A stretch of DNA of 63,113 nucleotides, filler included, from Octopus bimaculoides (taxonomy: Eukaryota): NCBI RefSeq assembly GCF_001194135.2. It is 4 parts of 4 records of this genome, joined end to end, with 100 filler letters (N's around TTAATTAATTAA, not from the genome) between each part and the next. Parts side by side here need not be neighbours in the genome. Positions count along the whole stretch, not along the records: positions 1 to 27,643 come from NC_068981.1; 3 more parts are not named here. One strand, 5' to 3'. The position numbers and the translations under genes were made by a program. Position 1 is the first letter of the stretch, and the number at the start of each line of letters is the position of its first letter. The notes under the pieces were generated by a model. The model was not told the origin of the DNA, ran no database searches, and saw only the letters and a list, made by a program, of their open reading frames with translations. Shown here piece after piece: positions 12,954-24,152 of the stretch.

Positions 12954-13591
12954 TCCTTTGTAGTTTTGTTGTTATTTTTTTCTTTTGGATTTACAATTTA
13001 TNNNNNNNNNNNNNNNNNNNNNNNNNNNNNNNNNNNNNNNNNNNNNNNNNNNNNNNNNNNNNNNNNNNNNNNNNNNNNNNNNNNNNNNNNNNNNNNNNNN
13101 NNNNNNNNNNNNNNNNNNNNNNNNNNNNNNNNNNNNNNNNNNNNNNNNNNNNNNNNNNNNNNNNNNNNNNNNNNNNNNNNNNNNNNNNNNNNNNNNNNNN
13201 NNNNNNNNNNNNNATATATATATATATATATAATATCATATAATATAATAAAATATATTCATATGTCTGTCTGGGTGTGAGTGTTTGTGTGTGTGAAAGC
13301 TACTTAAATGTTTACACCGACACATATTTATATATAGATGTCAAAATGCATAATTGACAAAATTGCATATTACACACTTTTTATGAAACATACAACGGAT
13401 GCAAAATAATAAAAAAAAAGAACTTTGAAAGATGTTTAATCAGAGAAAAACGCACAAATTGTATTTGTCAAAAAACATCAGTTAATTGAGTAACAAATTA
13501 ATTACTAATTGTACAAATATATTTTTCTTTTGATATAATTTCGCTATGATATTTTCTGCTTTCAACCAGAATAACATGCCTATTTAAATAA

Positions 13592-13622
<31 letters not shown>

Positions 13623-13721
13623 AGAACACTAAAAAAGAGACCAAGAGCACTGGAGCACTAAACAAAAGGAGAAAAAAAGAGACCAAGAGCACTGGAGCAC
13701 TAAACAAAAAGGAGAAAAAAA

Positions 13722-14025
13722 GAGACCGTGAGCACTGTACTGGCAGCGCAAGAGCAAGTTTTGGTCATGAACTGGAGGGTCAACCTTAGGAATGAGACGT
13801 GTCTCCGCTGTGGAGCATTAGCAATAGAGTGGATGAAACCATTGCCCGTATCACGAACGAATGCCCTAGAATTGGCAAAAACCACGATCAGGTAGCGAAA
13901 ATGCTACATTTGAAACTGTGCGAAAAGTAGGGGCTAGAGGGAGGTATGATGTGGAATGAGCACAAACTGCAGAGAGTAGCTGAGTCGGAGACTAGCAAAA
14001 TTCTCTGGGATTTCCCGATCATAAA
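13722..14025 (+). mobile_element. R4/Dong-clade non-LTR retrotransposon fragment, family A (zinc-knuckle/RHD region)
   Basis: Reads ETVSTVLAAQEQ...DETIARITNECP...NHDQVAKMLHLKLCEK...EHKLQRVAESETSKILWDFPI (with frameshifts). Confidence 0.75.
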
Positions 14026-14052
14026 ATGTGCCAAAAAGGGAAGAAATAAAAA

Positions 14053-14370
14053 AAGAGTGCTCACGTGAACTGCCATATCTTACGCAAAATATTGTCTATG
14101 TAATCCCCAAAATATCTTAATCTATTAACAGTGTCAAAATACTTTTAAATGTAAATAACAGAAAACAACATTTACTGTCTTCTTAACATTAGACTATCAT
14201 CTTATAATCAAATTACTTTTCATACAAACTTCTAATTTATTTATGTTTTGTTATACGTTCTCTAGAACAATACTCTGGATAAAATCAAATATATGGCACC
14301 CTAGTCCTAAAACCAACTCGAACTTCTATCTTCGATAGATACAACAGGTTAGCTTGGGAGATTAAGCAGC
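14053..14370 (+). mobile_element. R4/Dong family B 3' end (ORF end and putative 3' UTR)
   Basis: Reads VL..TA.ILRKILSM* (stop 14101-14103), matching the REL-endonuclease C-terminal GTAxILR motif, followed by an AT-rich UTR. The 3' boundary is approximate. Confidence 0.55.
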
Positions 14371-14371
14371 T

Positions 14372-14617
14372 GTGGTCGCTGATAAAGGTGGTAGTAGTAC
14401 CAATAATTGTCGGAACCCTGAGAACAGTGAGTAAAGATCTTGAGAATTACACGGAACAAATAGGAGCTGCAATAAGGGTACAGCCCTTGCAGAAAACAGC
14501 ACTGATTGGAACCGCTCGAATACTCTGGATGGTGCTCGAAAAATACCTTAGTTCACTGGTAGTGAACAGCTGGTATCGTAGTACATCTCCAGCGTTTGAA
14601 GTTGTGGAAAGACAATC

Positions 14618-14620
<3 letters not shown>
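14372..14620 (+). mobile_element. R4/Dong family A 3' end (restriction-like endonuclease C-terminus) running into an (AAT)n tail
   Basis: ORF 14388 reads VVVVPIIVGTLRTVSKDLENYTEQIGAAIRVQPLQKTALIGTARILWMVLEK, then a short UTR, then (ATA)n at ~14620-14680. Confidence 0.75.
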
Positions 14621-14664
<44 letters not shown>

Positions 14665-14689
14665 TAATAATAATAATAATAACAACAAC

Positions 14690-16085
14690 AGGCCTCAATA
14701 AATGTGCAAAAGCTATCTTTTATGAAAGGAAAAAGAAAAACACCGAACATTAATCTTGACCAGCAGAATGTCATGAAAGAATTAGAACCAGTGGAGAGCT
14801 ACACATACCTAGGGGTATTTGACGATGATGGAATCAAACATTCAATGATGAGGGAAATAATCAGAAGAGAAAGTTATCGCAAGGTAAGAGCAATACTCAA
14901 GATAGAGCTGAATGCAAGAAACAGGATCGCAGCGTTCAATACCGGCAGTCGTGACTTAGTATTTTATTATTAACTGGTCAATTACTGAAATATGTAATCT
15001 TGACGGACAAATACGAGACTTGTTGACAATGCATAGAATGCACCACCATAAGACAGGTATAGAACGACTCTACTTGCCAGAAAAAGAGGGTGGCCATGGA
15101 CTTTTCAACTGGAACTAACAATGGAAATTGCCACAAATGGCCTCAACACCCACCTAAAAAAATCTCTGATGACTGGGTGTTAAAATACGTTTTAAAGCAT
15201 GAAAACAAGAAAGCATCATACTCAGTAAGAAAACAGACAAAGGAATATCTAAGTGAATTCCAAATACACCAAATCCCAGAATTAGACGCACTGGAAAGAA
15301 GCATAGAAAAAGCTTAGCGTATGAATATCCGTACTAAAACTGCCGCCTTAGATATTCTTACTAATAAATGGCAAGAAAAACCTCTCAATGGCAAATACCC
15401 AAAGAGAGCTGATAATGTCGATGTTGTCAAAGCCCTTATCTATCAATGGTTAGTGTCTTCTGGCTTCAAATCAGAAATAGAAGGGTTTATCATAGAAACC
15501 CAACATCAATGCCTACCTAAAGGTAACTACCAGACCAGCATATTAAAGAACGGCAGTAGCCCAACATGTCGTGTATGTAAACAACAGAATGAAACCATTG
15601 ATCATGTTCTCTCCATGTGCAGCCTTCTTGCGCCTACTGAGTATCTCAACAGGCATGATAGAGCAGCACAGTATATTCACTGGGTAATTTGCAAAAGGCT
15701 GGTCCTGCTTCATGACGAAAACTGGTGGTAACACAAACCACCTCGAGTGCTTGAAAATATCACATCTCACACTTCTGGAACTTCACCGTCCAAACTGACA
15801 GAAAGATAGATGCGAATAGGCTAGACACTATATTGAAGGACTTCATACGAAATTCATGCCTCCTCGTTGATATGACTGTGTCAATCGACATAAATGTATC
15901 TGTCAAGATCTACAGAAAACTGAGCAAGTCTAAATATCATGAAATAGAAATTGACAAAATGTGGAACACCAAGACTAAAACAATACCTGTTGTCATAGAT
16001 TCGCTAGGAATGATAGCAAAATGTGCTGATTCCTACCTAGCTCAGATACCAGAAGACCCCACAAAATGGCAGAATTTCAAAAGCT
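14690..16085 (+). mobile_element. R4/Dong family B fragment: RT thumb, CCHC knuckle, RHD motif, REL endonuclease (disrupted)
   Basis: Reads YTYLGVFDDDGIKH..., ERLYLP..EGG.GL, GFKSEIEGFIIETQHQ, CRVCKQQNETIDHVLSMC...RHD, CLLVDMTV...KLSK...EIEIDKMW...TIPVVI. Confidence 0.9.
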
Positions 16086-16114
16086 TTATAGACCCCGAAA
16101 TGATGAAAGGCACC

Positions 16115-16163
<49 letters not shown>

Positions 16164-16349
16164 AAAGAAGAAGAAGAAGAAGAAGAAGAAGAAGAAGAAG
16201 AAGAAGAAGAAGAAGAAGAAGAAAAAGAAGAAGAAGAAGAAGAAGAAGAAGAAGAAGAAGAAGAAGAAGAAGAAGAAGAAGAAGAAGAAGAAGAAGAAGA
16301 AGAAGAAGAAGAAGAAGAAGAAGAAGAAGAAGAAGAAGAAGAAGAAGAA
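16115..16349. repeat. Compound (AGT)n + (AAG)n microsatellite
   Basis: Directly visible. Confidence 0.95.
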
Positions 16350-17299
16350 ACCTGATCTAATGAGGGATCATGTGCTCCATCGTATTGCGAGAAATAGTAG
16401 CGACATATGTCTCAAAAAGCACATGCTTTTATATTAATAATCAGACCTATTAGATAATGTGGACTTATATAATATATTCCCAGAAATAAAGCTTGGATGG
16501 TCAGGCCAAGGCACTTACATCTGCAATATCAGATCTGATTTGAGAATAAACTGAAACAAACAGTATGCAAAACATGTCCAAAAAGTGCATAGGAAAACAT
16601 ATTTGTCGATCATAACTGTCTTCTAAAACCATACAGACCTTTAATATTTTATCGATTTTCGTGTTTTGATTGACATATGATTATAAACTCTTTGCGTAAC
16701 TCCTGTTTGTTTGTTGGGAAATTTGAAATCTCTTACATAAATTGTTTCCTTATTTTCACATGAAAACAAAATTCATGAGGTGATGTCTAACAAAATAGCA
16801 GTTCAGATTTCTTGTCAGATGCAAAAGACTGTTGCAATCTATGCAGTCTACAGCAGAGAAAAAAATTAGAATGGAATTGTTAAATAGGCTGTTCGAGATT
16901 GCTCCAAGTCATACTTGGTATAATCCTTCTTAGCTATGAAGACCCCCGAATAAAATTGGACATAATGGTGAAATTTTCCATGTAAAGTTTTGCTTCGTGT
17001 TGCTACAGGCTACGCAACTATATTTATCTCTAAGATAAACTGTGTACACCACACCCCTCAAACAAAAAACCTGAGCTGCTGTTTTACTGACGCCAGCGTG
17101 CTCTCTTTGTTGACATATTTTAAGCCATGAACTGATAAAACACTTCAAAAATCTTCACTGCACCTATTGCAAGAATCCACTGCATTCAACAGAAAGAAAT
17201 CCAAACTTCCATCTTTCTGTGAATAGATTCTCTTGTAGCTAATTGTAAGCTACCAACTGTTTATATTATTCCATAAAGTCAGTGGAAACTTAACTTCAC

Positions 17300-17680
17300 T
17301 GCAATATTAGCATTCCCGGAATTTCTTATTAATGCCAGTGAAACTTGTTTCACCTATCACGCTAAAATTACCCACCATTCAGCAGTAAACAAGCACTCCT
17401 AAGATGGCATTTGTAGGAACTTGTACTACCCATCCCTTGAAAACGAATTTCACTCTTTTTTCTTTAAAATTCAGCCCCATTTAGAATCTGGATGGTGGGG
17501 GGAACTCAGTGTTCGGAATTAAGCCAAACAATGTAAAAAAAAGTATGCTAACAATATGGTTTTCAATGCTAGTTACTGATTTAGGAGGAAAGGGCAGTGC
17601 CCATGACCTTTGCAGGACCTCCGAAATCGGTGAACATAATGCATTTTATGTTCAGTTTGAACTGTCGCCGGGAGAAGATG
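17300..17680 (+). pseudogene. Possible highly decayed pogo/Tc5-type (DDE_1) transposase remnant
   Basis: Segments INASETCFTY, ESGW, MLTIWFSMLVTD and SAHDL..SEIG occur across frames in the order expected for N-DET / GWM / LLI-D-H / HxLQPxDVG. The similarity is weak. Confidence 0.3.
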
Positions 17681-18223
17681 CCAGGAGGCTGATGTTCAAG
17701 ATAATCAGACATCGGTTTTGTCTGGGAAACTTAAAGTTAGAATTTCTAGCTCAAGGCATATGCATGAATATTTATACTCCATGCGTGGAATACCACACTC
17801 TTCTGCAAACAAACATACATACATACATACACACATACAGACAGACATACATGGACATACGTACATACATACATACATGGACATACATACATACATACAT
17901 GAAGATGGACGCACACAGACACATGTATATACATATATATGAAAAATTACAATAAACACAAATCTGTATTATTAGTTCCTACGGACGTTTTACCATTATC
18001 GTTCCTTGGAAACTTGTATCGGATGCTCTTAGTGCAGTTGAATGTTTTCGCAGAACCAAACATTAAGTTTCAGAGAAAATATAATCTACGCTGGGCTCAA
18101 AACTTAACAGTAGCAGATGTACATCTACTTGTATACACAGAATTCTCTCTCTCTCTCTTTCTCTCCATACTCACACGCACACACAAAACACACAGACACA
18201 CACACACACACACNNNNNNNNNN

Positions 18224-18272
<49 letters not shown>

Positions 18273-19040
18273 ATGCACAAACACAAACATATATAATGTT
18301 GCCCATGTGTGTTTGTTTGCAGGTGCATGTTTTTGTATGTGTGTATATGTGTATACAAACATACAGCGTGTCTCTTTTAACTGAATATTATGATACTTTT
18401 CATGCATAGAATGTGAGAGCTTTTCATATATAGGATATATATGTGCATTTCTCGTACGTAAATATATGTGTTTGCGCGCGCGTGTATCTGTGGATAAGTT
18501 TATGTATGTGCTTCTGATAAATGATAGTAGAAAAGTAGAGGAGAATTTTCTCTATGATCACGATGAGATATTATATATATANNNNNNNNNNNNNNNNNNN
18601 NNNNNNNNNNNNNNNNNNNNNNNNNNNNNNNNNNNNNNNNNNNNNNNNNNNNNNNNNNNNNNNNNNNNNNNNNNNNNNNNNNNNNNNNNNNNNNNNNNNN
18701 NNNNNNNNNNNNNNNNNNNNNNNNNNNNNNNNNNNNNNNNNNNNNNNNNNNNNNNNNNNNNNNNNNNNNNNNNNNNNNNNNNNNNNNNNNNNNNNNNNNN
18801 NNNNNNNNNNNNNNNNNNNNNNNNNNNNNNNNNNNNNNNNNNNNNNNNNNNNNNNNNNNNNNNNNNNNNNNNNNNNNNNNNNNNNNNNNNNNNNNNNNNN
18901 NNNNNNNNNNNNNNNNNNNNNNNNNNNNNNNNNNNNNNNNNNNNNNNNNNNNNNNNNNNNNNNNNNNNNNNNNNNNNNNNNNNNNNNNNNNNNNNNNNNN
19001 NNNNNNNNNNNNNNNNNNNNNNNNNNNNNNNNNNNNNNNN

Positions 19041-19150
19041 GATTCTGAAGGAGAACTTTGCTCGAAATGTAAAACACCCTTTCCTTCCTTCCTGAGCATC
19101 TTATTACTATTTTGCATGTACCACGTCCTCGCGTTGTTGTTTTTTCTTGT
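19041..19150 (+). mobile_element. Hammerhead-bearing interspersed repeat, degenerate copy, truncated by a gap
   Basis: CTGAAGGAGAACTTTGCTCGAAATGTA followed by GTACCACGTCCTCGCGTT, homologous to the reverse complement of 23400-23511. Confidence 0.65.
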
Positions 19151-19539
19151 GTGTTTTCTCGGTTTTTTTGGGGGGAGGGGGGGATTATATATATATATAG
19201 AGAGAGAGAGAGAAAGAAGTGGTTTGTTTATTCGGATCTTTCGCAATCTGATTTGAGATCCTACCAATGTCAATTGTGAGGGTTGATAAATTAAAGTACC
19301 AGTCAGGTATTGGTGAGGACCTTACAGACTAAGATTACACTCCTCACCTTGTGGCGTTGGTGTTCTGCATAAATCATAAACGATCATAATTATCAATGTA
19401 CAATGGCGGAAAGATGTGAATGTATGTTTTATGAATATGTAGAGAGATGACATTAGCGCAAGCTAAAAAATGCTGATCCGAGATATATTGCAGATTGTCG
19501 AAATATTGTTATATATACAACAGACTAAAACATCTGACC

Positions 19540-21050
19540 TCATGTTTACCAAACAGTAATGAAGAGCTATTTTCTAACAAATATTCACAACAGCAGAGCA
19601 TCTGAATTCTATGATGGTACATACATTGCGTTGTCTGTTCCAGACAGCTATACCAGGCCTTCTATGCTTGGTATGAGTTTTGAAGGGTCATATTCCAACA
19701 ATAATCCTTGTGTTCATATTCATGCATGTGATCAATTGTAGCGGAATTCTCTATATGTAGCCCCAAGACTCATTCTTCTTTGTATGGTAATGTATATTGT
19801 TTTAGCGACCATACCATTTCACTTTGAGAGGTGATGACATTTTAGAGTCGCTCCTAACGCAGGTTAGATGACTTGCACAAAAATGTGACGCACTCTACAC
19901 TTTCCGTTGCATCTTGAGGCTCCAAGACTTTCTCTGTATTTTTCTTTCAGTAGGAATTTTGTATCAATGTCCTACTCTTGGATTGCAAGAGTATCTCTTT
20001 CAAAATGCGATGTGATGTAGTGGTAACGAGTTCAAGAAATGCTGCACTTCATGCCGATGTTACTGTCGTCTTCAAGTCTTCGAGAAACATTCCCATACAT
20101 AGTCTTTTTCTTGGCATGATGAGTGTTTCACATTCCAGCCTTTATTAACTATGTTATTCCAGTTGTTCAGGGGTTTTTCGTCAGGGTGACATTGCTTCAT
20201 AGACAGTTCCCTATCGACTCGTAGGATGTTCTTTTCCCTTTTCAACACTCAGTTTAAATATGTAGTTTTGTTGCAGTTAGCAGGTGTTATCTGCAAGACT
20301 ACACGACATTCGACGTTGTAGAGTATTATCTTCTCAGAAGAGAGGTCTCACTATCATATTTCTCTAATTCTGGTGTAATATTCTCGGGTTACTCTATCTA
20401 TGTCGACAGCGTTTTTGTACGATATATATTTATCAATGCCGAGATATTTGTAGCATTTTTTGAGTGCAATTTCAAACATAGAGAGGAAGACCTTTGATGC
20501 ACATGATTTGAGTTTGGGTACAGACTTTATACATTCAGCAACCAAATACAAATATTTTTTCCTCATACTCCATTCTTATTTCGCCTGAAAATGCTTTGTA
20601 AATAGTTTTTGCTTAGAGCTACAGGTCATCTACAAAGATAATATGTGTTACCTTGACATCCTTAGCAGTACGAAACCCCATCATATAATCATTACATTTT
20701 TGTAAAAGAAATGATAGCAGTTTTAATGTCAATATATAAAGAAGCACACGAAGATTATTTCCTTGCTATATTTCCTTTAAAATATTTATAAAATCAGAGA
20801 CGATCGTTCCCCTCTCGACTGCAAATGTTAGCATTGCTTGCAAGATTTTGGGAGACTCTCAACCTCGGCGACAAATGTAACAGGTACATTTGTTAAGTGT
20901 AGAGACTTTGGCACCCATGAGTGGGAAATAGAGTCGAATGCTTTCCTAAAGTGAAGTCATAATGCCACAGGTGTTCTGTGGTTCTTCGTTACTTCGGACA
21001 ACACGTCTTTGTTTATCAAAATTTATTCAACATATCCCCTCTCTTTTTGT
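19540..21050 (-). mobile_element. Decayed R4/Dong-clade element: RT through REL endonuclease
   Basis: Minus strand reads LINK, RKAFDSISHSW, VTHIIFVDDL, YKYLGIDKYIS...REYYTRIREI, SHFE..LAIQE and HRRPGIAVWNRQRNVCTIIEFRC. Confidence 0.85.
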
Positions 21051-21452
21051 TCTTGATCTCAGAGCAGAATATTTCTGAATCTTCATGATCTTCAAGGGCC
21101 CCCTTAATGGTAATGTTTTTATTCCCCATCTTCCAGTATAATATATGTGCATTGAAACTAAACTTGGAAGTCAACTTGTGATTCTTACTGGATGACTTAA
21201 AAGTTTTTCTCTCAGCATCTTGAGTTCGAGTGCTAAAGTAATTAGCATTGCCCCAAGAGTTTACCGGGAATCTTCACCGCTGAGATATGCTATATTTTAT
21301 ACGTAAGGTATAATTAGTAAGGTATGAACTTATGTTCGTTACATTTAATTCAGGTTATCAACCACCCAAAATGCCAATGCAGATTCTTGATGCCTTCATG
21401 TCTTGTTGTCAACATAGGTTGTTACTTCATTTTAGTAATTTCATTATCTTGC

Positions 21453-21564
21453 GCAATTCATATCTTGCGCAATTCATATCTTGCGCAATTCATATTTTGC
21501 ACAATTCATATCTTGCGCAATTCATATCTTGCGCAATTCATATCTTGCGCAATTCATATCTTGC
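21453..21564. repeat. 16-bp minisatellite (GCAATTCATATCTTGC)n, ~7 copies
   Basis: Directly visible; two more units follow the gap at 21643. Confidence 0.9.
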
Positions 21565-21618
21565 CTGAGTTTTCTTTTAGATTAATAGATGCTGTGCATG
21601 GTAAAGACCCCCTTCGCT

Positions 21619-21632
21619 AGATCGGAAGAGCG
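21619..21632 (+). other. Untrimmed Illumina adapter remnant at a contig end
   Basis: AGATCGGAAGAGCG lies immediately before a 10-N gap, and 21533-21618 is repeated at 21643-21728. Confidence 0.9.
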
Positions 21633-21699
21633 NNNNNNNNNNGCAATTCATATCTTGCGCAATTCATATCTTGCCTGAGTTTTCTTTTAGATTAATAGA

Positions 21700-21960
21700 T
21701 GCTGTGCATGGTAAAAACCCCCTTCGCTCATGAATAGCCATGGGATTGCACCTAGAAAGTTACTCTCCGAGACACAAGTCCGGACAAATTTGTCTACAGA
21801 AGATCAGCAGTCGCCCATGCATACCAGCCTCCCCTCTCCACGCCACCGATGTTATCCCTTGCATACCAGCCCCCCCTTCTCCACGCCACCGATGTTATCC
21901 AAAGGAAAGGCAGAGACCGATACAGTTTGGCACCAATGACGTCGCTGCTGCGTGTAGGAA
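21700..21960 (-). repeat. GC-richer interspersed repeat with an internal ~39-bp tandem duplication; possibly a LINE 5' UTR
   Basis: GCATACCAGCC..CTCCACGCCACCGATGTTATCC occurs twice (~21819-21900). The family assignment is uncertain. Confidence 0.4.
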
Positions 21961-22853
21961 GGTAATAATTATCCAGTAATTTTCATCCCATAATTGCATG
22001 CGCTCTCTAGCAACACCATCAATGACATTTAACATTTGAATAGCTGATTGTTTCTTTAATCCCCCGACGAATGTTCTTCGTGAGTTGAATATATTTCACA
22101 GTCGTCTTTGGCGAATAAGCTACATGGCGAATAAGCTACACGCGGGTCTTTATTGCTGGCGGTAGCGGTTTACTGACATTATTAGCGACCTCTCCTAAGA
22201 CAAAAAATTACTGTTTCTCGGTATTTTGAGAACATCGAGTAGCATCTCGTGAGTTTGCTATCACAATTGCTGTGATAGACATAATTTACAAAATTTAAAA
22301 AAAAATTATGTTTCTGGCCGAAGCTGTTTTGCGTCACAGAAGTTTAAATTTGGGTAAACTTCGACCGGAATTTATAATCGCTTCATGTAACCGATAGAAG
22401 TGTCATCTGGAACCTTTTAATAGCGCAGTGGGAGATTATGGTTTAAACGTAAAAGTATACTGCAGTGAGAAGATTATATACGACGTCTTAAATAGATTTC
22501 AAGCGTCGTTGTACTGCTTCTGTTGGTATCAGTGTTCTTGTTGCCGTTATCAATATTAGCCATAATTGTGTAAGCAAAGTTCCGCGTGGTGTGTGATACA
22601 TCTTGTAATCCTATCTGAAGAGAGATAAGATGTTAAGTAAAAGGTGTTTTTACTTATAACAGAAGAGGTAAAACACTCACTCAATTAGGCTGGAGTACGA
22701 GACATAATTGTGATAGAAATCGTTCAAAAAGGCATTTTTAACCGTGCCTCTGCAACTGTATACGTTACATTAACGGTGTCACGTGTGTATGTTTGTACGT
22801 ACGTATGTTTTATGTATATATGTGTGCGTGTATAAATATATATNNNNNNNNNN

Positions 22854-22903
<50 letters not shown>

Positions 22904-23184
22904 GTATTTAGGGATAGTCTTTCTTTTTTTTGACAAATAAACACACGCACTATATAGTCGTTCTTCACAAGTTTATTACTGTTCTTATTCTAGCTCATGT
23001 CCAATGTCCGGAAATCTTTTGTCTCACTTCTGTGACCTCTTCAGCGACACTTTCGGTCTTCGGGTGTGCTCTTGTTCTTCTTATTCCATAGAAAGCGGAG
23101 CAAGTACACACACGGAGACGGAAAGTGTCGCTGAAGGTGTTGCGACTATGCTGGGGCATCGACTTCAAGAATTTAGTAGAACAA

Positions 23185-23729
23185 ATCGTCTACGCTACTT
23201 AATTTTTTAAGCCTAGCACTTGGTGTACGGTTTCTTTTGCCGAACCGGTAAGTAATGTAAATAAACCAACAGTGGTGTTGGGGTACTAATATATGCACAA
23301 AAACGCACACAATACTCACACACAGAGCACACAACACACACACATATACATACATATGCATGTACATATACTCATAGTGAATCCAAACAAAGAAGAACGA
23401 ACAAGAAAAAAACAATAACGCGAGGACGTGGTACAAGTACTGTGTTATATGACGCTCAAGAAAGAAAGGAAAGAGGATTTAACGTTTCGAGCCAAGCTCT
23501 TCGTCAGAAATAAAGGAAATTCCAAAGGAAGGGAAGACGGAGGAAGAAAATCGCCAACGATAAACACGCGGTTACGTTTTGAAATGACCGGGTAACTCTT
23601 GAAATTTATTTACCAATAGTCTGCTTTGATAAACGGGTGGGAATATTAGTTTTGTATCTATTACAATGATTTAGAAGAAATATACATATACATACATACA
23701 TACATACATACATAAATACATACATAAAT

Positions 23730-23783
<54 letters not shown>

Positions 23784-24030
23784 TACATACGTATATGTGT
23801 GTGAGCGTGCGTGTGTGTGCCTGTGTGTGCGTGCGTGTGTTCGTGTGTGTGTGTTTGTGTGTGTGTGAGAAAGAGAGAGAGGGGATTTCCTTCAGTTTCC
23901 ATCAGCCAAATTCACTCACAAAACATTGATTAACCTGGAGTTATAGTAGAAGTCCCCTACCCATGGTGCCATTCAGTGGGAATGAAACTCGGACCATATG
24001 GTTAAGAAGCAAATTTCTTAATAGAGCTAT
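23185..24030 (-). mobile_element. SINE family 2 copy (head 24030-23885, tail 23290-23185) with an expanded, interrupted central microsatellite
   Basis: Head and tail match other family 2 copies, lie in the same orientation, and flank microsatellite plus an unrelated insert. Confidence 0.6.
23477..23511 (-). ncRNA. Minimal type-I hammerhead ribozyme motif
   Basis: Minus strand reads ATTT-CTGACGA-A-GAGC-TTG-GCTC-GAAA-C-GTT-AAAT: 4-bp stem I, 4-bp stem II, palindromic ACGT, GUU triplet. Confidence 0.7.
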
Positions 24031-24050
24031 ACTTGTGTGCATTAAGTGAT

Positions 24051-24152
24051 ATGCTTACAACACCTAGGGCTCCAAGTGCTGACTACACTCGACGTTACTT
24101 AACTTCACTGATCGAACTAGCACCGACGCTTTCAACACGATATGGCCTAGAC
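24051..24152 (-). pseudogene. 5S rRNA pseudogene with an internal deletion of the box C region
   Basis: Minus strand GTCTAGGCCATATCGTGTTGAAAGCGTCGGTGCTAGTTCGATCAGTGAAGTTAAGTAACGTCGAGTGTAGTCAGCACTTGGA-GCCCTAGGTGTTGTAAGCAT is colinear with metazoan 5S rRNA, but is only 102 nt and has no T-run terminator. Confidence 0.8.

Noticed and set aside
16100-16360. Poly-Ser/poly-Arg tail on ORF 15833-16360
   Set aside because: Read-through from a truncated Dong ORF into (AGT)n(AAG)n.
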